Source: the human T2T-CHM13v2.0 reference genome, Homo sapiens. From it: DNA of 64,000 nucleotides. Both the position numbers and the translations under genes were made by a program. The notes under the pieces are model-generated. The model saw only the letters and a program-made list of their open reading frames with translations, was not told where the DNA came from and ran no database searches. The stretch lies in NCBI RefSeq assembly GCF_009914755.1, contig NC_060942.1. The stretch is one strand, 5' to 3'. Below are positions 28,141 through 42,806 of this stretch, one piece after another; position 1 is the stretch's first letter, and each line of letters starts with the position of its first letter.

Positions 28141-28842
28141 GTTCTCTTATAAATCATGATATGCAACAAAAGGTCATATGAAAAAAGTGCTTCCCAAGAT
28201 TTTGTGTGCTTTTAGTCACCATATTTGGTATCCATAGGCTTAAATAGGCCATTCAAATATTACCTATAAGCTTGACAAAATAATATAGTTACCTCAAATT
28301 CTGATAGTTACATTAAAGAAATTATGTTTTTTAAGCACTAAAATTTTGATAATTTTGTAGTATATTCACCGAATTGCTTTTTCTAACACACTATTATACT
28401 AGTAAGTAAAAAGTAATAGAAAAATCTTTAACTTATTATAAAATGCCCTGATGGAAATTTTGGTACAATTGAATTTCTGTTTTCACTTGAGATACAGATA
28501 CTTTGAATGTTTCATAGATTATGTAAATGGAAGAGTGGGAAACAAGTCACACCATTTAATGTGTCCAGGAAAAATAGAATAACCTCCTTTCCTACAGAGG
28601 GAGGCAAAAAGACCGTAAGATTTGTTGGAATGGAAAATTTGGAGCTTTGCACAACCTCTGAAGTATAGATTTGGAGGGGAAAAGTGGTAATGAATACACT
28701 GAAACAACTTCCTCGCTTTGGAATTAACAAGAATAGACCAGTAAGAGCAAGGATAAGATACAGGGCCAGTAGGTCAGTACCAGGCTGATGTGATGTCAGT
28801 AACGTTAAGGAACCCAATCTTTTGTTAAATGATGTCATCAGC

Positions 28843-29120
28843 TTTTTTTTTTTTTTTTTTGAGACAGAGTCTCACTCTATTGCCCAGGCTGGAGTGCAGT
28901 GCTACGATCTGGGATCACTGCAAATTCCACCTCCCAGGTTCAAGGGATTTTCATGCCTCAGCCTCCCAAGCAGCTGTGATTACAGGCGTGCGCCACCACG
29001 CCCGGCTAATTTTTGCATTTTTACTAGAGACAGGGTTTCACCATGTTGGCCAGGGTGGTCTCAAACTCCTGACTTCAAGTGATCCACCGGCCTTGGCCTC
29101 CCAAAGTGCTGGGATAGCAT
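28843..29120 (-). mobile_element. AluSx-like, slightly 5' truncated
   Basis: Antisense dimer lacking the first ~20 bp. Confidence 0.93.
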
Positions 29121-29820
29121 AGTTATTGGTTGTTTCTGATTGGAAACTAAGTGTGGAAATAAGACCTCTCCAGCTCCTGCGGTTATAAGCTTTGTCCCAT
29201 GTGATAAACAAATCAGACTTTTTTTACGCTGGGAGTAGTTTAATTTTCAACCTCTGCTGCAGGGAAGACTAATCCTTCATTATATTAAGGTAAAAGCAGC
29301 ACTAAGATATTTTAAAGTTTTATTTTTTAAAAGAAAGTTTCACATGAAACATGAACATTTCTCATGAATAAATGCATTATATTGACAAGTTTCATTCTTA
29401 TCATGCAACAAGTTGAACCAGTTACTTTTAATCAAAATAATGTTATGCAAGATTTAATAGTCCAATACTCGACTCAGTTATGTAAACAAACAAGACAAGC
29501 TAAATCCTTTGTAGTCTGCTAGACGTTTTGCTTGGTTGGAATGGATCTCCCACATAAGACACAATCTTTAAATTGAAAAAGGAAGTCCTAGCGATAGCAA
29601 ATATACAAACAAAAAGGAGTGTTAGTTTAAATCCTTATTTAGCTTATCTGAAGTTGCATACAATAAACAGAGTTTCATTGTGTTCCAAACAACTCATATA
29701 TTGCTTCATAAACCTGGTATCTTATTATTCAAGACTTCAGACCAAAAATGAGGTAACAGATTGAGCAAGTTTCTGTTTCATCCATAGAGATATTTAAGGT
29801 GACACTACAAAGAAATTTTG

Positions 29821-30127
<307 letters not shown>

Positions 30128-30470
30128 CTACAAGGGTGACGTTACAAAGAATACATAATTGTAAGGGAAACATCTTCCCCATGGGTATGAATAGTTTTTA
30201 AATTTTTGGAATTAGAGATATACAGATTCTTTTAAAATTGTTATCTAAAATCATTATTGCTCAATAATTTTCTAGCAGGTGAAACAGGCACAAAGTTTAA
30301 CCAGTTGAAATCTGGGTGGTAAAAATGCAGACGAGGGGTTATCTCAAGATCAGCATTCAACTCAAAGGCAGTCCAGTCCAGTGCTTTTTGTGTGTGTTTG
30401 TGTGTGAGTATGCATGCATGTGGGTAAATGATCAAAGACTCTTAATGAGACCTAAGATTTCGAAGTTCTC

Positions 30471-30879
30471 CTAAGCAAGCAAATGTACATGAAGTACCTA
30501 ATGCAATGGCTGGAATATGAAAAGACCTCAAAATGTATGTCAGTCTATGACTCTGCATGGATGGAAATATTGCCTGTCTGTCTGGATACCTCAGATAGAT
30601 TTACTCAAGTCAGGCTTGCATTGCAGCTACAGAAAATTCCAAGCAGTTTTTTGATACCTACCTGATTGCTCTTCTAGTCAACACCCCTTACTGACAAATA
30701 CTTCAGAAGCCACTCTTTCTGGCAGTTCTGGGCTATGCTCAGGGATCACTTGGGGGTCTTAAAAGCTGGGCAGAATCACCCCAAAGCTAAACAATTGAAA
30801 ACAATGTAGGAAAACACAGAGGAGAATGAGTATGGGCTTCTTCCACGTGGGCGAAACAAGACAGTCAAGACAGTCATGA
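30471..30879 (+). repeat. left arm of a non-Alu long inverted repeat
   Basis: Colinear with the reverse complement of 32093-32471, roughly 80-85% identical by eye plus indels; 30-bp perfect block 30838-30867 / 32096-32125. Confidence 0.95.
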
Positions 30880-31021
30880 ATCAAATTTTAAAATCAAATC
30901 TACCAGATTTTGATGTCTTTATGACACATTCTATTACTCAACTTTGGAAAAGAATATCTTGAGTCGTGTGAATAAGCCTAGTACTTGCATTTTGAATGGG
31001 TCCTTCCTTTGGTGTTTACAG

Positions 31022-31190
31022 TTCAGAAACAATAGAGATACCAAACAAGATAAGACTAAGCCACAGAGGTATCTGAAAAGCTGCCATCAATCAAAGCTCT
31101 TTGTGAAGCTGGTTAGTGCAGGTTCCATTGTTCTAAGGAGCAGGCAAAAGGAACAAATAAAATCCAGCTGTTTCTTCATTCTTGCACCAG
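31022..31190 (+). other. candidate exon E4 inside the inverted-repeat spacer
   Basis: Acceptor tccttcctttggtgtttacAG|t; consensus donor CAG|GTGAGT; 169 nt; open in the frame of ORF 30944..31372. Confidence 0.5.
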
Positions 31191-32092
31191 GTGAGTCCCA
31201 GTATCAATACTTCATTCATTGTGGATTAAGGGGAAAGTGGCCTTCATTTCCTTTCTCATTCCATTTTGAAACCTCAGATTTCTTTCTTTCTGCCAATGAT
31301 ACCCAGTTGTTGAGTCATAGCCACCTGGGCTCTAGTTCTGGCATTGCTTGCAATGTCATCATGAGAACCTGATAGATGGTGTTAATAGCAGAGTTTAGAC
31401 TTACTGATCAAGAAAAAAATACTTTTAGATTGCTTACCTTTGGAGGGTTTTGCTATGTTTAAAGAAAGTCAGTTTTTGACACTCAAATTTAATTGACTGT
31501 CCTATATAGCAGTCATTTCACATGATAATTTTTTTCACAAAATAAAGGAATTTAGTGCGCTAAAAGTTTCCTGAATGGTGGGATGTTGATAAAAGTAAAG
31601 TTGTGAATTGGGGGGGTCACGTGAACCAGGATTTAATTGCATTTGTGCCACTTGGTGTTAGACCCTTTCTCTACTCATGTTAACTCTACCTCTGTTGTTC
31701 ATAGTTTCCTTACTCGCAAATTAACATAACTGTGTGATTTTTGTGGACTCTAGAAAAACATCTTGTGGGATGGATTTCTAGATTTAGAAATGCTTTTAGC
31801 ATTTATTAACACCCATAACCTAGGAAATGAAAGTAATAAAAATAATATTTTGGTAAGACAGAAAATCTGTTTTCATTTCTCCTTTTTGATATTTGTAATT
31901 GGTTGGGGCAGAAAGTTCTTTTGTGTTCTTGTGTGGGCATGTATATGCTAATGAATTTGAGATGAGGAGCCACTGTCTTTAAGACAACTCTCCCTTATGA
32001 TGTTTTGCATACATGTATATTCTCTTTCACTCTAGATTCAACTTCGAATAAACACCATGCTCTCAGCCAAGGAAGAGTAAATCTAGCATTAG

Positions 32093-32471
32093 TCATGACT
32101 GTCTTGTTTCGCCCACGTGGAAGAATCTCACATCCATTCGTCTCCGTGTTTCCCTGTATTGTTTTTGATCTTTTAGCTTCGAGAGATTCTTCCCAGCTTC
32201 TAGAACTCCCAAGTGATCCCTGAGCATAGTCCAGAACTACCAGAAAGAGTATTTTTCCAACAAGTTTCCAAAGTATTTGTTGGTATGGGGTGTTGACTAC
32301 AAGAGCAATCAATAACTCTGCTTGGAGTTTTCTATAGCTGTAATGCAAGCCTGACTAATAAATCCAACCGAGGCACCCAGACAGACAGGCAATATTTTCA
32401 TCCATGTGTTGAGGCCTTTGCATATTCTGGACAATGTGGGTTAGGCACTTCACGTACCTTTCTTTGCTTAG
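32093..32471 (-). repeat. right arm of the long inverted repeat
   Basis: Reverse complement of the left arm; outer end runs into a MIR at about 32420-32600. Confidence 0.95.
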
Positions 32472-32598
32472 TCTTCATAACAGCTGAGTGAATCAGGTAA
32501 TATAGTATAGTCTCCACTTTGTTGAGAGTTTAGGTAACTTGCTCAAGACCACTCAAACATTTGCCCCTGGTTCCAAATGCTGCAGTCTTAACTACTTA

Positions 32599-32975
<377 letters not shown>

Positions 32976-35159
32976 CTAAGAAGGAAGATCTGAATTCTTC
33001 TGACATGCCTATGTCATGTATTTTCCAGATAACACCCTCCAAAACCCCGCAAGGTGAAGCTCATGTCATCCAAAACCAAGGCATGAGCCAGAGCCTAAAT
33101 AGAGGAAAGAAAATAGAAGAGAGAATTCTAGCGACATATCTGGTCATCATTCCAAGCAACCTGGCTGAACTTTTGCATCGACAAACAATTTTTTCTTGAG
33201 CATTTTTAAATTTACAAGCTGGTTTTCAACAAAGCTTTTCAAAAAGAAGTCTTTATGATGGCAAATCTTTAAAAGAAATGTGTTTTAGACCAAGAAAGGC
33301 AAACCTTTCATGTCCTGTTTAGTCTCTAGCATGCTTGTTTTCAAAACACAAGCTCCAGTCTGCATGTTTCTGCAGTCAACTGTCTGTCTTAGAAAATATC
33401 TCAAAATCAATCTGTCCCCGTGTTTGCTTATGATTCTGCGGTAATCCTCTGTTTGTAGTCACAAGTTGTCAGGAGAACATCATGTAAGGCATGGTATGAA
33501 GACTTAAGAAATCTTGAAATCAAAAACTTCAATTTTCTTTCTCTTGAAGTGTTTCTAAGGGATGAAAAATGAGAAAGGAAATTAGCATCTACTGTTACCT
33601 CATTTAATTCCTTCAACCATCTTCAGGGTATTATTGTCTCCAAAAAGAAACCAAGGTTCAGAGAAGAGGACTCACTTGCCCTGTGACCTATGACCAGGGG
33701 TCCCACGTTGGGACCCAGAATTCTGACTCGAACCCAGTGCTGGCTCCCCTGTGTCCCAGGGATGGGCAGGATAAGATGTTCTTTAAAACTTTGTTTGTTG
33801 GGCACCTCAAAAAACCCTTATGAATTATTGCTTAAGTTATTTTGGCATAATAACGTCACTAAGTCCATGGAAAATTAAACTTTTAGAATCTCTGTTATAT
33901 GGCTAGATCAATACTAAACTACCCCTTTTTTTCCAAGTCCCTGGAAAAAGTGAAATTATAAGTTTTGACTACATGGGAGGGCTTTGGTGCCTCATACACT
34001 TGCATTAAATGCAGTATCCTTGAAAATAATAGAATATGTATTTGTGAGAGTAAAAATTTATACATGCAGCAGTCCATAAGAGAATTAGATCCAGAAAGTA
34101 CAACTTGAAAGAGTTCTAAACTCTTAGAACAAATTGATTTAAATTTGAATAGTACTGAATATGAATTGATGGAAAGTGAATATTTAGAACCCCCTTTTGT
34201 GAATTTCAGTAAGCTGACATTTGTTAGCTCCTGACGCAGTAGCTTTTCTGAGTCAAGAACTGAAGGTACCTTGAATTACCTGACAGATAATCATACAGAG
34301 ATGTGAAGTCAAATGTCATATTCCATTAAGCCTAATCTGCAGTTGCAGGAAGGGTGGACAATCTTGCCTAAACATTTGACAGATTTGGAATGTCTCTTGC
34401 CATAGACATTTAGCATGAACCAGCTTCATTGTCCTAGTATCTGTCACACAGAAATGGTCCCTTGCTCGGCTTCTAATGGATTTGCTGCAAAGGCTGTGAG
34501 GAATGAGTCACACTCAGGGACACGATGACACAGGAACAGCTTCTACAACACAATCCTCTGCAATAGGGAAAGCTGTGCCTCTCCCCAGGGACCTGCCTAT
34601 AAAGTTGGTCTTCTTTCCACTAAGGAGGCATCCCTGAGAGCCCCCCATAAATTAAGGAGAACTTCTCTAGGTAACTACTAAAAAATAAGGCCAACAAACT
34701 AAATCCTTGGGATATGAAATATTAATGTGATGGGAATTACCTTAATAGGAAACAATTGAGTATACACTGTATTACATAAGTGAGGCTTAAAAAAAAAATA
34801 ACATTGAGTTCCGGGCATTTTTTTTCTTCCTTGGAAAATGCCTTGAAATCTTTTCCATCAACACAGTCTAACAGTACAGGTTATGGGTGACATATAGTTT
34901 CAAGGCAAATTGCAGCTTAGTTGGTCAAACTCTTTCAGTAGGAAAAAAAATGACAATTTGAAAGAGTTCTGGAAGGGCTAACACTAAACAGTTCCATCTT
35001 GACCTCAAACCAACGCAATCTGCAAACAAGTCAATATGTGAACCCAAAGGAAGATTCTGCCCCAGCCTAAGAAAGGGACAACTTTTCCTTCTCTGGAATC
35101 GAAATGTTCCATGAAATTAAATCATTGATTAAAAGCTGGGGAGGCAAAGACTGTTGAAA

Positions 35160-35620
35160 TGTCAGTTAAGATACTTTAGGCTGCAAATCTGATTCACCAT
35201 TGCTTAAACGATAAGAAATGGTATCTGCACAGCTGGAAGTCCAGGATGGGATGGCTTCAAGTTTGGCTCTATCCAGGGACTGTCTCTCAATCTTCTGTTT
35301 AGTGGGTGTTGTCCTAGGCTGGCTTCACTCAAGGGGATAAAAATAAGTATGGTCCTCCCAGGCCTTATATCCATCTACACAACATCCTGGGGAAGAGGTT
35401 TCTGGAACCTCTAGTACTAATCCATATACCATGGGAATAACAGGTACTGATTGGCTTCAACCTGAATTCCTTAAATTAATCTTTGTGAAAAGGAGGCTGG
35501 GATGACCTTGATTGAGTTAAAATAGTCAGGGTTCCACCTGTGGAGTGGAGGATGAGATCAGTTTCCTACAATCCACATCCTACACAATGGGTGAGGGATG
35601 GAAGGAATGCTGGAGACTAC
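35160..35620 (-). mobile_element. old MLT1 (J/K/L-type) MaLR LTR
   Basis: tgtcagttaagatactttaggctgcaa...gcttaaac...gaagtccagg start; tgattggc motif. Confidence 0.55.
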
Positions 35621-36580
35621 CACATACCCGCCGATATTCATGATATCTTGGTCTTTTGTGTTTCACAATAAACTCTTAAGAACATTGTGAGTATTTTATG
35701 GATGTGAAGGTTTTTCAGAGGAATTTATTGTAGGGAAAACAAAAAGATCAATGAGTTTAAGCTTTTAGGCTTAAACTCTCTCTGCTCCCCTGCATTACAC
35801 TTTTATTCTTATGCTGTGACAGCAGACCCTCCTCCCCTATTGGCCACCCCCTGTGCCCCTGCTAGTCCTCTGGGCCCTCTGTCATTCCCACTGTGGCCAC
35901 TGTTGAAGTGACTGGCTTCCTACAGGCACTGACCAGCTTTGAGCAGGTGGCACCTGCCGGCCCCTTGCTGCAGGCCACTCCCTGTGCTTCTGGCTTCCTG
36001 CCGTAGGGTTCACTATGGATGCCTAAGGAAATCTGCCAGGCAGTGTAGGAAAGTTCACACCTACAGGACCATGCACCCCGTGTCCTTCAGCACATCTCAA
36101 GAAGCTCCTCAGAAAGTGCAAGGGTCGAGCCCCAGAGGCATCTTGTATCAACTTCCCTTCCTTTCTTCTTCCACTCTCTCTGCCCCTCATGCCAATCCCT
36201 CCTTTACCAAATAAGTGCCTTCCTTCAGGGTTGGAATCAGGCTGTGCTTTCAGGGATGCTCTGGACAGCATTAACTCTTAGGTGACATTTGTGTAGCATA
36301 CATCTACGGAGAATGTAAATGTTACCTCGCAAACACATACATGAGCCCCCAAACTTCTGAAGACTAAAGCAAATTCAAGTCTTGAATTCTGTGCAAAAAG
36401 CCAGATTCGCTATTCATTAGAGTGTCCTATGTAACACCTTTCTCTCTGCACATCCCATCATCTTTCTCCCTAGACAGTAGCTGTCTCGCCATTTTTATCG
36501 TGTCTGGCCCACGAGTTACCTATGTATGTGCATTCTCAGAGAGTTAAAGTGTCTCAAAAGATGGTTAAAATGAAGGTAGA

Positions 36581-36868
36581 GGCCGGATACAGTGGCTCAT
36601 GTCTGTAATCTTGGCACCCTGGGAAGCCGAGGAGGGCAGGTCACTTGAGGTCAGGAGTTTGAGACCAGCCTGGTCAATGTGGTGAAACCCCGTCTCTACT
36701 AAAAATACAAAAATTAGCCGGGCATGGTGGCGGGTGCCTGTAATCCCAGCTAGGTTGAGGCAGGAGAATCTCTTGAACCCAGAAGGCAGAGGTTGCAGTG
36801 AGCCAAGACTGTGCCATTGCACTCCAGCCTGCGTAACAAGAGCAAAACTTATCTCAATAAATAAATAA

Positions 36869-36911
<43 letters not shown>

Positions 36912-36912
36912 A
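36581..36912 (+). mobile_element. AluSx-like with long (AAAT)n tail
   Basis: TSD aa(a/g)tgaaggtaga; tail STR at about 36856-36912. Confidence 0.94.
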
Positions 36913-37092
36913 GTGAAGGTAGAGATGAAGCTACACTGGAGGAACAAACAAAGTGAAGGAATTGGAGAGAAAAGCTCATGCCAGGGATGACCCATGTGAA
37001 AAGAGACGACAGCTGGAAGGCTCACATCGTTACACCCCAGACTCAGTCCTGTGCAGATTTAGCTTTCGTCACTGGCCTGCTGCCCAAGATAG

Positions 37093-37468
<376 letters not shown>

Positions 37469-39699
37469 TATGTTTGGTTGTTTTCTTACTTAGGTCTCTC
37501 TTGCTCCCCAAAGAGTTTAAAGCATCTCTCCTTTAGAATCTCTCAGCAATCTTACACTCCAGGTTGATATTATTGCATGTGAAGCTGGACAAATTGAACC
37601 TCAGCTGGAGCTTTAGGTGCAGCAAGCTAATTTTTACTTCCTTTATTTAAGACAATTTAAGGAAAGTACAAGCCACTGAGCAAATGTTTAGTTGCTCTTG
37701 AGCACACAGCACTGCCTGTGCGCTGGATGGTGGGGGGAAAGAGAGGGAGGGAACAAGGAGCAGAAGCAGCACTACCTGCAACCGGGAGATTTGTTCTGGT
37801 TGCTATAGACGCTATAGAGGCAATGTTCAAAGTCATTGACAGTCTCTCTAGTCTTCTCGTGACTTTCCCAAAGGTTTTAACTCAGTGACTACACACCACT
37901 GTGTGTACTACACACCAGGGTATACTACACACCAGGGAATATGAGAACACTACATACTAACCAATGCTTTCTCCCTGAGAGGCAAACACAGAAAAACCAC
38001 AGTGAGACATTGGGTACCCAGAGGTATTTTTTGCACACGTTTATTTCTACTGAGGGTCATTTGAGCTCCAGTTTGACCAAAAGTATTTTAGATGATCTTA
38101 CATTTTATTTATTTTTTTCAGATCTTAAGCCACATAAATGTGTTCTCAATTTGAAGAGAAAAGTTATTCATTAGCTTATCTTTCAGTCAGCTTGCATGCA
38201 CTTTCTGCTCAACTAATTGTCATGTTTAGTGATTGCATTTACAACATTCATAGAAATAAATGATGCATGCATTTCTTATGATGTAGTAAACTTCAGCTGA
38301 AGGCCTTCAAAATCTGAGAGACACCACTGGCAAAACCTGAGCGTTGCAATTACAGGTCCAAGAAAGACCCATTCTATTTTATCTGTATAGTAAAAATTAT
38401 AGAGAGAATTTCTATTTATTTATAATTCATTAGTGGCTATACCTTGGGATCCCTAGAAGCTACGCATTTGTTTTCAAAGCCTCTCTGGGATTTAAAAATC
38501 CCTTGAGTGAAGAAGGAATGCATCCCAGTTGTATGGAAAAGTTCCTTATCTTGGGTGGTCATTAATGGGATCAAAACAATGCCCAACGCCTGCTTTGTCA
38601 GGAAAAAAAAAAAAAAAAAGACGGTCGTGAGCCACACAGATGACATCGAACTTCAGCATTGTCAGTCAAACCTTGATGTTTCTCACTCTTAAATCTTAGT
38701 AGGAAATGTGAGTTAGTAAATACATGAAAGGAAGTAATGATTCCTTGTTGTTGTTTCTATGATTCAAACAGAAAACTACTAATATTAGTGTTTCAGATAC
38801 TTTTCTCTTTTTTTTCCTTTAATAAATTACCTAGGAGTAAGCTTGAAAGAGTAAGCAAGAGGCTGTCTACAGTGCAAAGTCACCCAGCAAAATGGGAGCA
38901 GCCTTGCAGAAGGAGCAAGGCTCCTTTCAGAGGCACCTGGGTGGATAAGCTCACCCTGTTGGTGGCAGCTAGGAAAAGGGGTCACTAGTGCTCGGTGTTG
39001 TTGGATCATGTAACCTTCCTGGTCACCATCACCAGTCCTGAGCTGGAACTGTAACTTAGGGTGTGGCATAAGAGTGTAGAAACTTGAGCTTTAGGACCGG
39101 ACAGGAAGACATTCCGGGAACCAAAATTGTATAAATCAAGAAGAAAAATGTTTTGGTATGACAAAGCAAAGTAATAGGTAGTACACTCTTTACAATTAAA
39201 TGTCAAATGTCAACAAAATATGGAACCAACAGTAAAAACAAATGGATATACCTCAGCATATACTGTGTACTAGCTTTTTATGCTGACCTATTGCAAACTT
39301 ATTTAGGCCTCTCTCCGCTGCACAGCTGTTGGTTTGTTTTGTTTTGTGATCTGATTCTTAAGCCTCTCCTCTCTCACTCTCTCTCTCTCTCTCCTTCTGA
39401 TTGTTGAATTGTGGAAAATACTGAAACCTATCTATAGTTCTAAAATTCCAGGATAATTGCTTCTCATCTATTCATGCAGATCATCTATTCACACAACTTA
39501 TTATTAACATGCACATAGGGAAAAATATTTCTGATTTACTACTTTTTGACATTCAGCCTTCTGTTCCTCAAATAATCAAGGTAATCATTCCTTTTGAAGC
39601 ATCCCCTATTCCCTTCATCCCTAAATCAATGTGTGTTTCTGTTCCCTTTCCTAGGCCAGTGCCTCTGCCTGGAAGTTCCCAGGCAGCCTGGATTCCACT

Positions 39700-40379
<680 letters not shown>

Positions 40380-40489
40380 CTATCATGAAACTATATTCAT
40401 TATATTTGTAGCAGAGTATGTGATGCACAGTACTTGCTAAGTCAATGTTTATTAATTTCTCTTTTTCATAACTTTATCATATTCCTTAG

Positions 40490-40604
40490 AATTCAACCCA
40501 GCCAGCAAGACGGAGGGCCTCCCAAATGCTGCGATCTGCTCCGTGCTGCTCTGCTGGGCCGTCACTGCCCCCTGTGCGTTCCTGCGGGCGAGGTCTTCTC
40601 CCAG
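40490..40604 (+). other. candidate exon E5
   Basis: Long pyrimidine tract ...ttatcatattccttAG|a; donor CAG|GTAATT; GC/CpG-rich block in AT-rich flanks; open in all three frames. Confidence 0.65.
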
Positions 40605-41906
40605 GTAATTGCTAGTTTACTGCTCTCTCCCACTAGCCTGTAAGTCCATTGAGAACTTATTAAGAACAGCATCTCTCTCAGCTCTGCGCCCTAAATGCCT
40701 AACACATTTTAGGGATTCCACAGAAACCTGGCGAACAAACGAGAGGACATATGAATGTCTTCCTTTGATCCTTCTCCTGGAGCAAGCAGTTTTCCCCACA
40801 TTTCTCCATGAAGCGAGGCTTCTTTCTGAGCATTGGCCTGCTGTCATCTCCTAGAGATCAATGATGATTTTAGAGATAATAAAGATAATAGAGATCTGGG
40901 ATAGTATTTTTTTCTAACCAACTACAAACAAACTCAACATTTTACTAGCAAAGCTCTGCATGTTTTTTGTTGTTGTTAAAGAACCAAACCCTTTTAATGA
41001 TTTTTAAAATAATGTTAAGGAAAACAAAATAGGTCTCTGTAAATGTTTTATCTAAAATGAATAAATTTCTGAAAGTTCACAATCTTTATCCGTGCTACAA
41101 TGTCATCAGGATATTTGTTTTATTGTGTGTTTTGCAGTTTCTGGTAATAACCCTCCCATGTTCTAGTGGTCTATTTTTACAATGTATCTTAGAAAAAGAG
41201 GGAGAACTGTATGTTTCTAGCAGGCAGAGTTGAATACTGTCATATTCCCTAAAATTTTTTCATTTTGTTGAAACAATTCTGAGGCACGCACCATTAGATA
41301 GATTGATTATTAGCTCAACTGTTAGTCATTTGGATGCATGACACCATTGAGCTTAGCAGGAGTTGAGATGGCCGAAAATGACTCAGAATGAATTTGGATG
41401 CAGCCAATCACAAACCAGGTCTCAAGAGCACTGTTGCCTGCTCTCAGTCTGCCAGCCTGGACCACATCACCTCAGTCATCCATCAACTCTGGGATCACTG
41501 TCCTACTCAGTGGCCTGCAAAGTCAGCTGCCCAGATCCTAGCAGGTATGCAAGAAAGAAAATATTAGAACTTCTATTTATGGTTACTTTAATACTTTACC
41601 AAAGAACAAAATTTCAGCAAACTGAGTTTTAAAGATCAAATTGGCTTTTATCAGTGATTCATGAACTGGGCAGCATTCGGTCTACAGAATAGGCAGGCAC
41701 TCTGCTGGGTGTGGCACAGCAGTCATTTTTTGTAAGGTAGTTTGAACAGAAACAAGGAAACAGCAAGTACAAAAAGCGGAATGGTTAACATCAGGTTACG
41801 TTTCTTGAATAAGTTAAAGCAGAGGGGACTCCATCATGAAATGAGTGAGTCCATTTTGGACTAGTTTGTTGGGGTCTAATGCAGGAGCTCAGTCCAAATC
41901 GATGGC

Positions 41907-42806
<900 letters not shown>

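Noticed and set aside
30944-31372. 142-aa single-exon gene
   Set aside because: Non-ATG start and no recognisable domain; better explained as read-through across candidate exon E4.
30471-32471. DNA transposon with long terminal inverted repeats
   Set aside because: No TSD is seen, there is no transposase remnant in the spacer, and the outer ends contain MIR sequence; a Dfam search is still needed to exclude it fully.
30471-32471. Strand-specific G-U wobble bias indicating selection on an RNA stem
   Set aside because: In the blocks checked by eye, transitions favour each strand about equally, so no bias can be claimed.
38955-38968. Additional CTCF-like motif CCTGTTGGTGGCAG (also weaker ones near 40565 and 46023)
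   Set aside because: Mismatches at high-information positions make chance matches likely in 64 kb.
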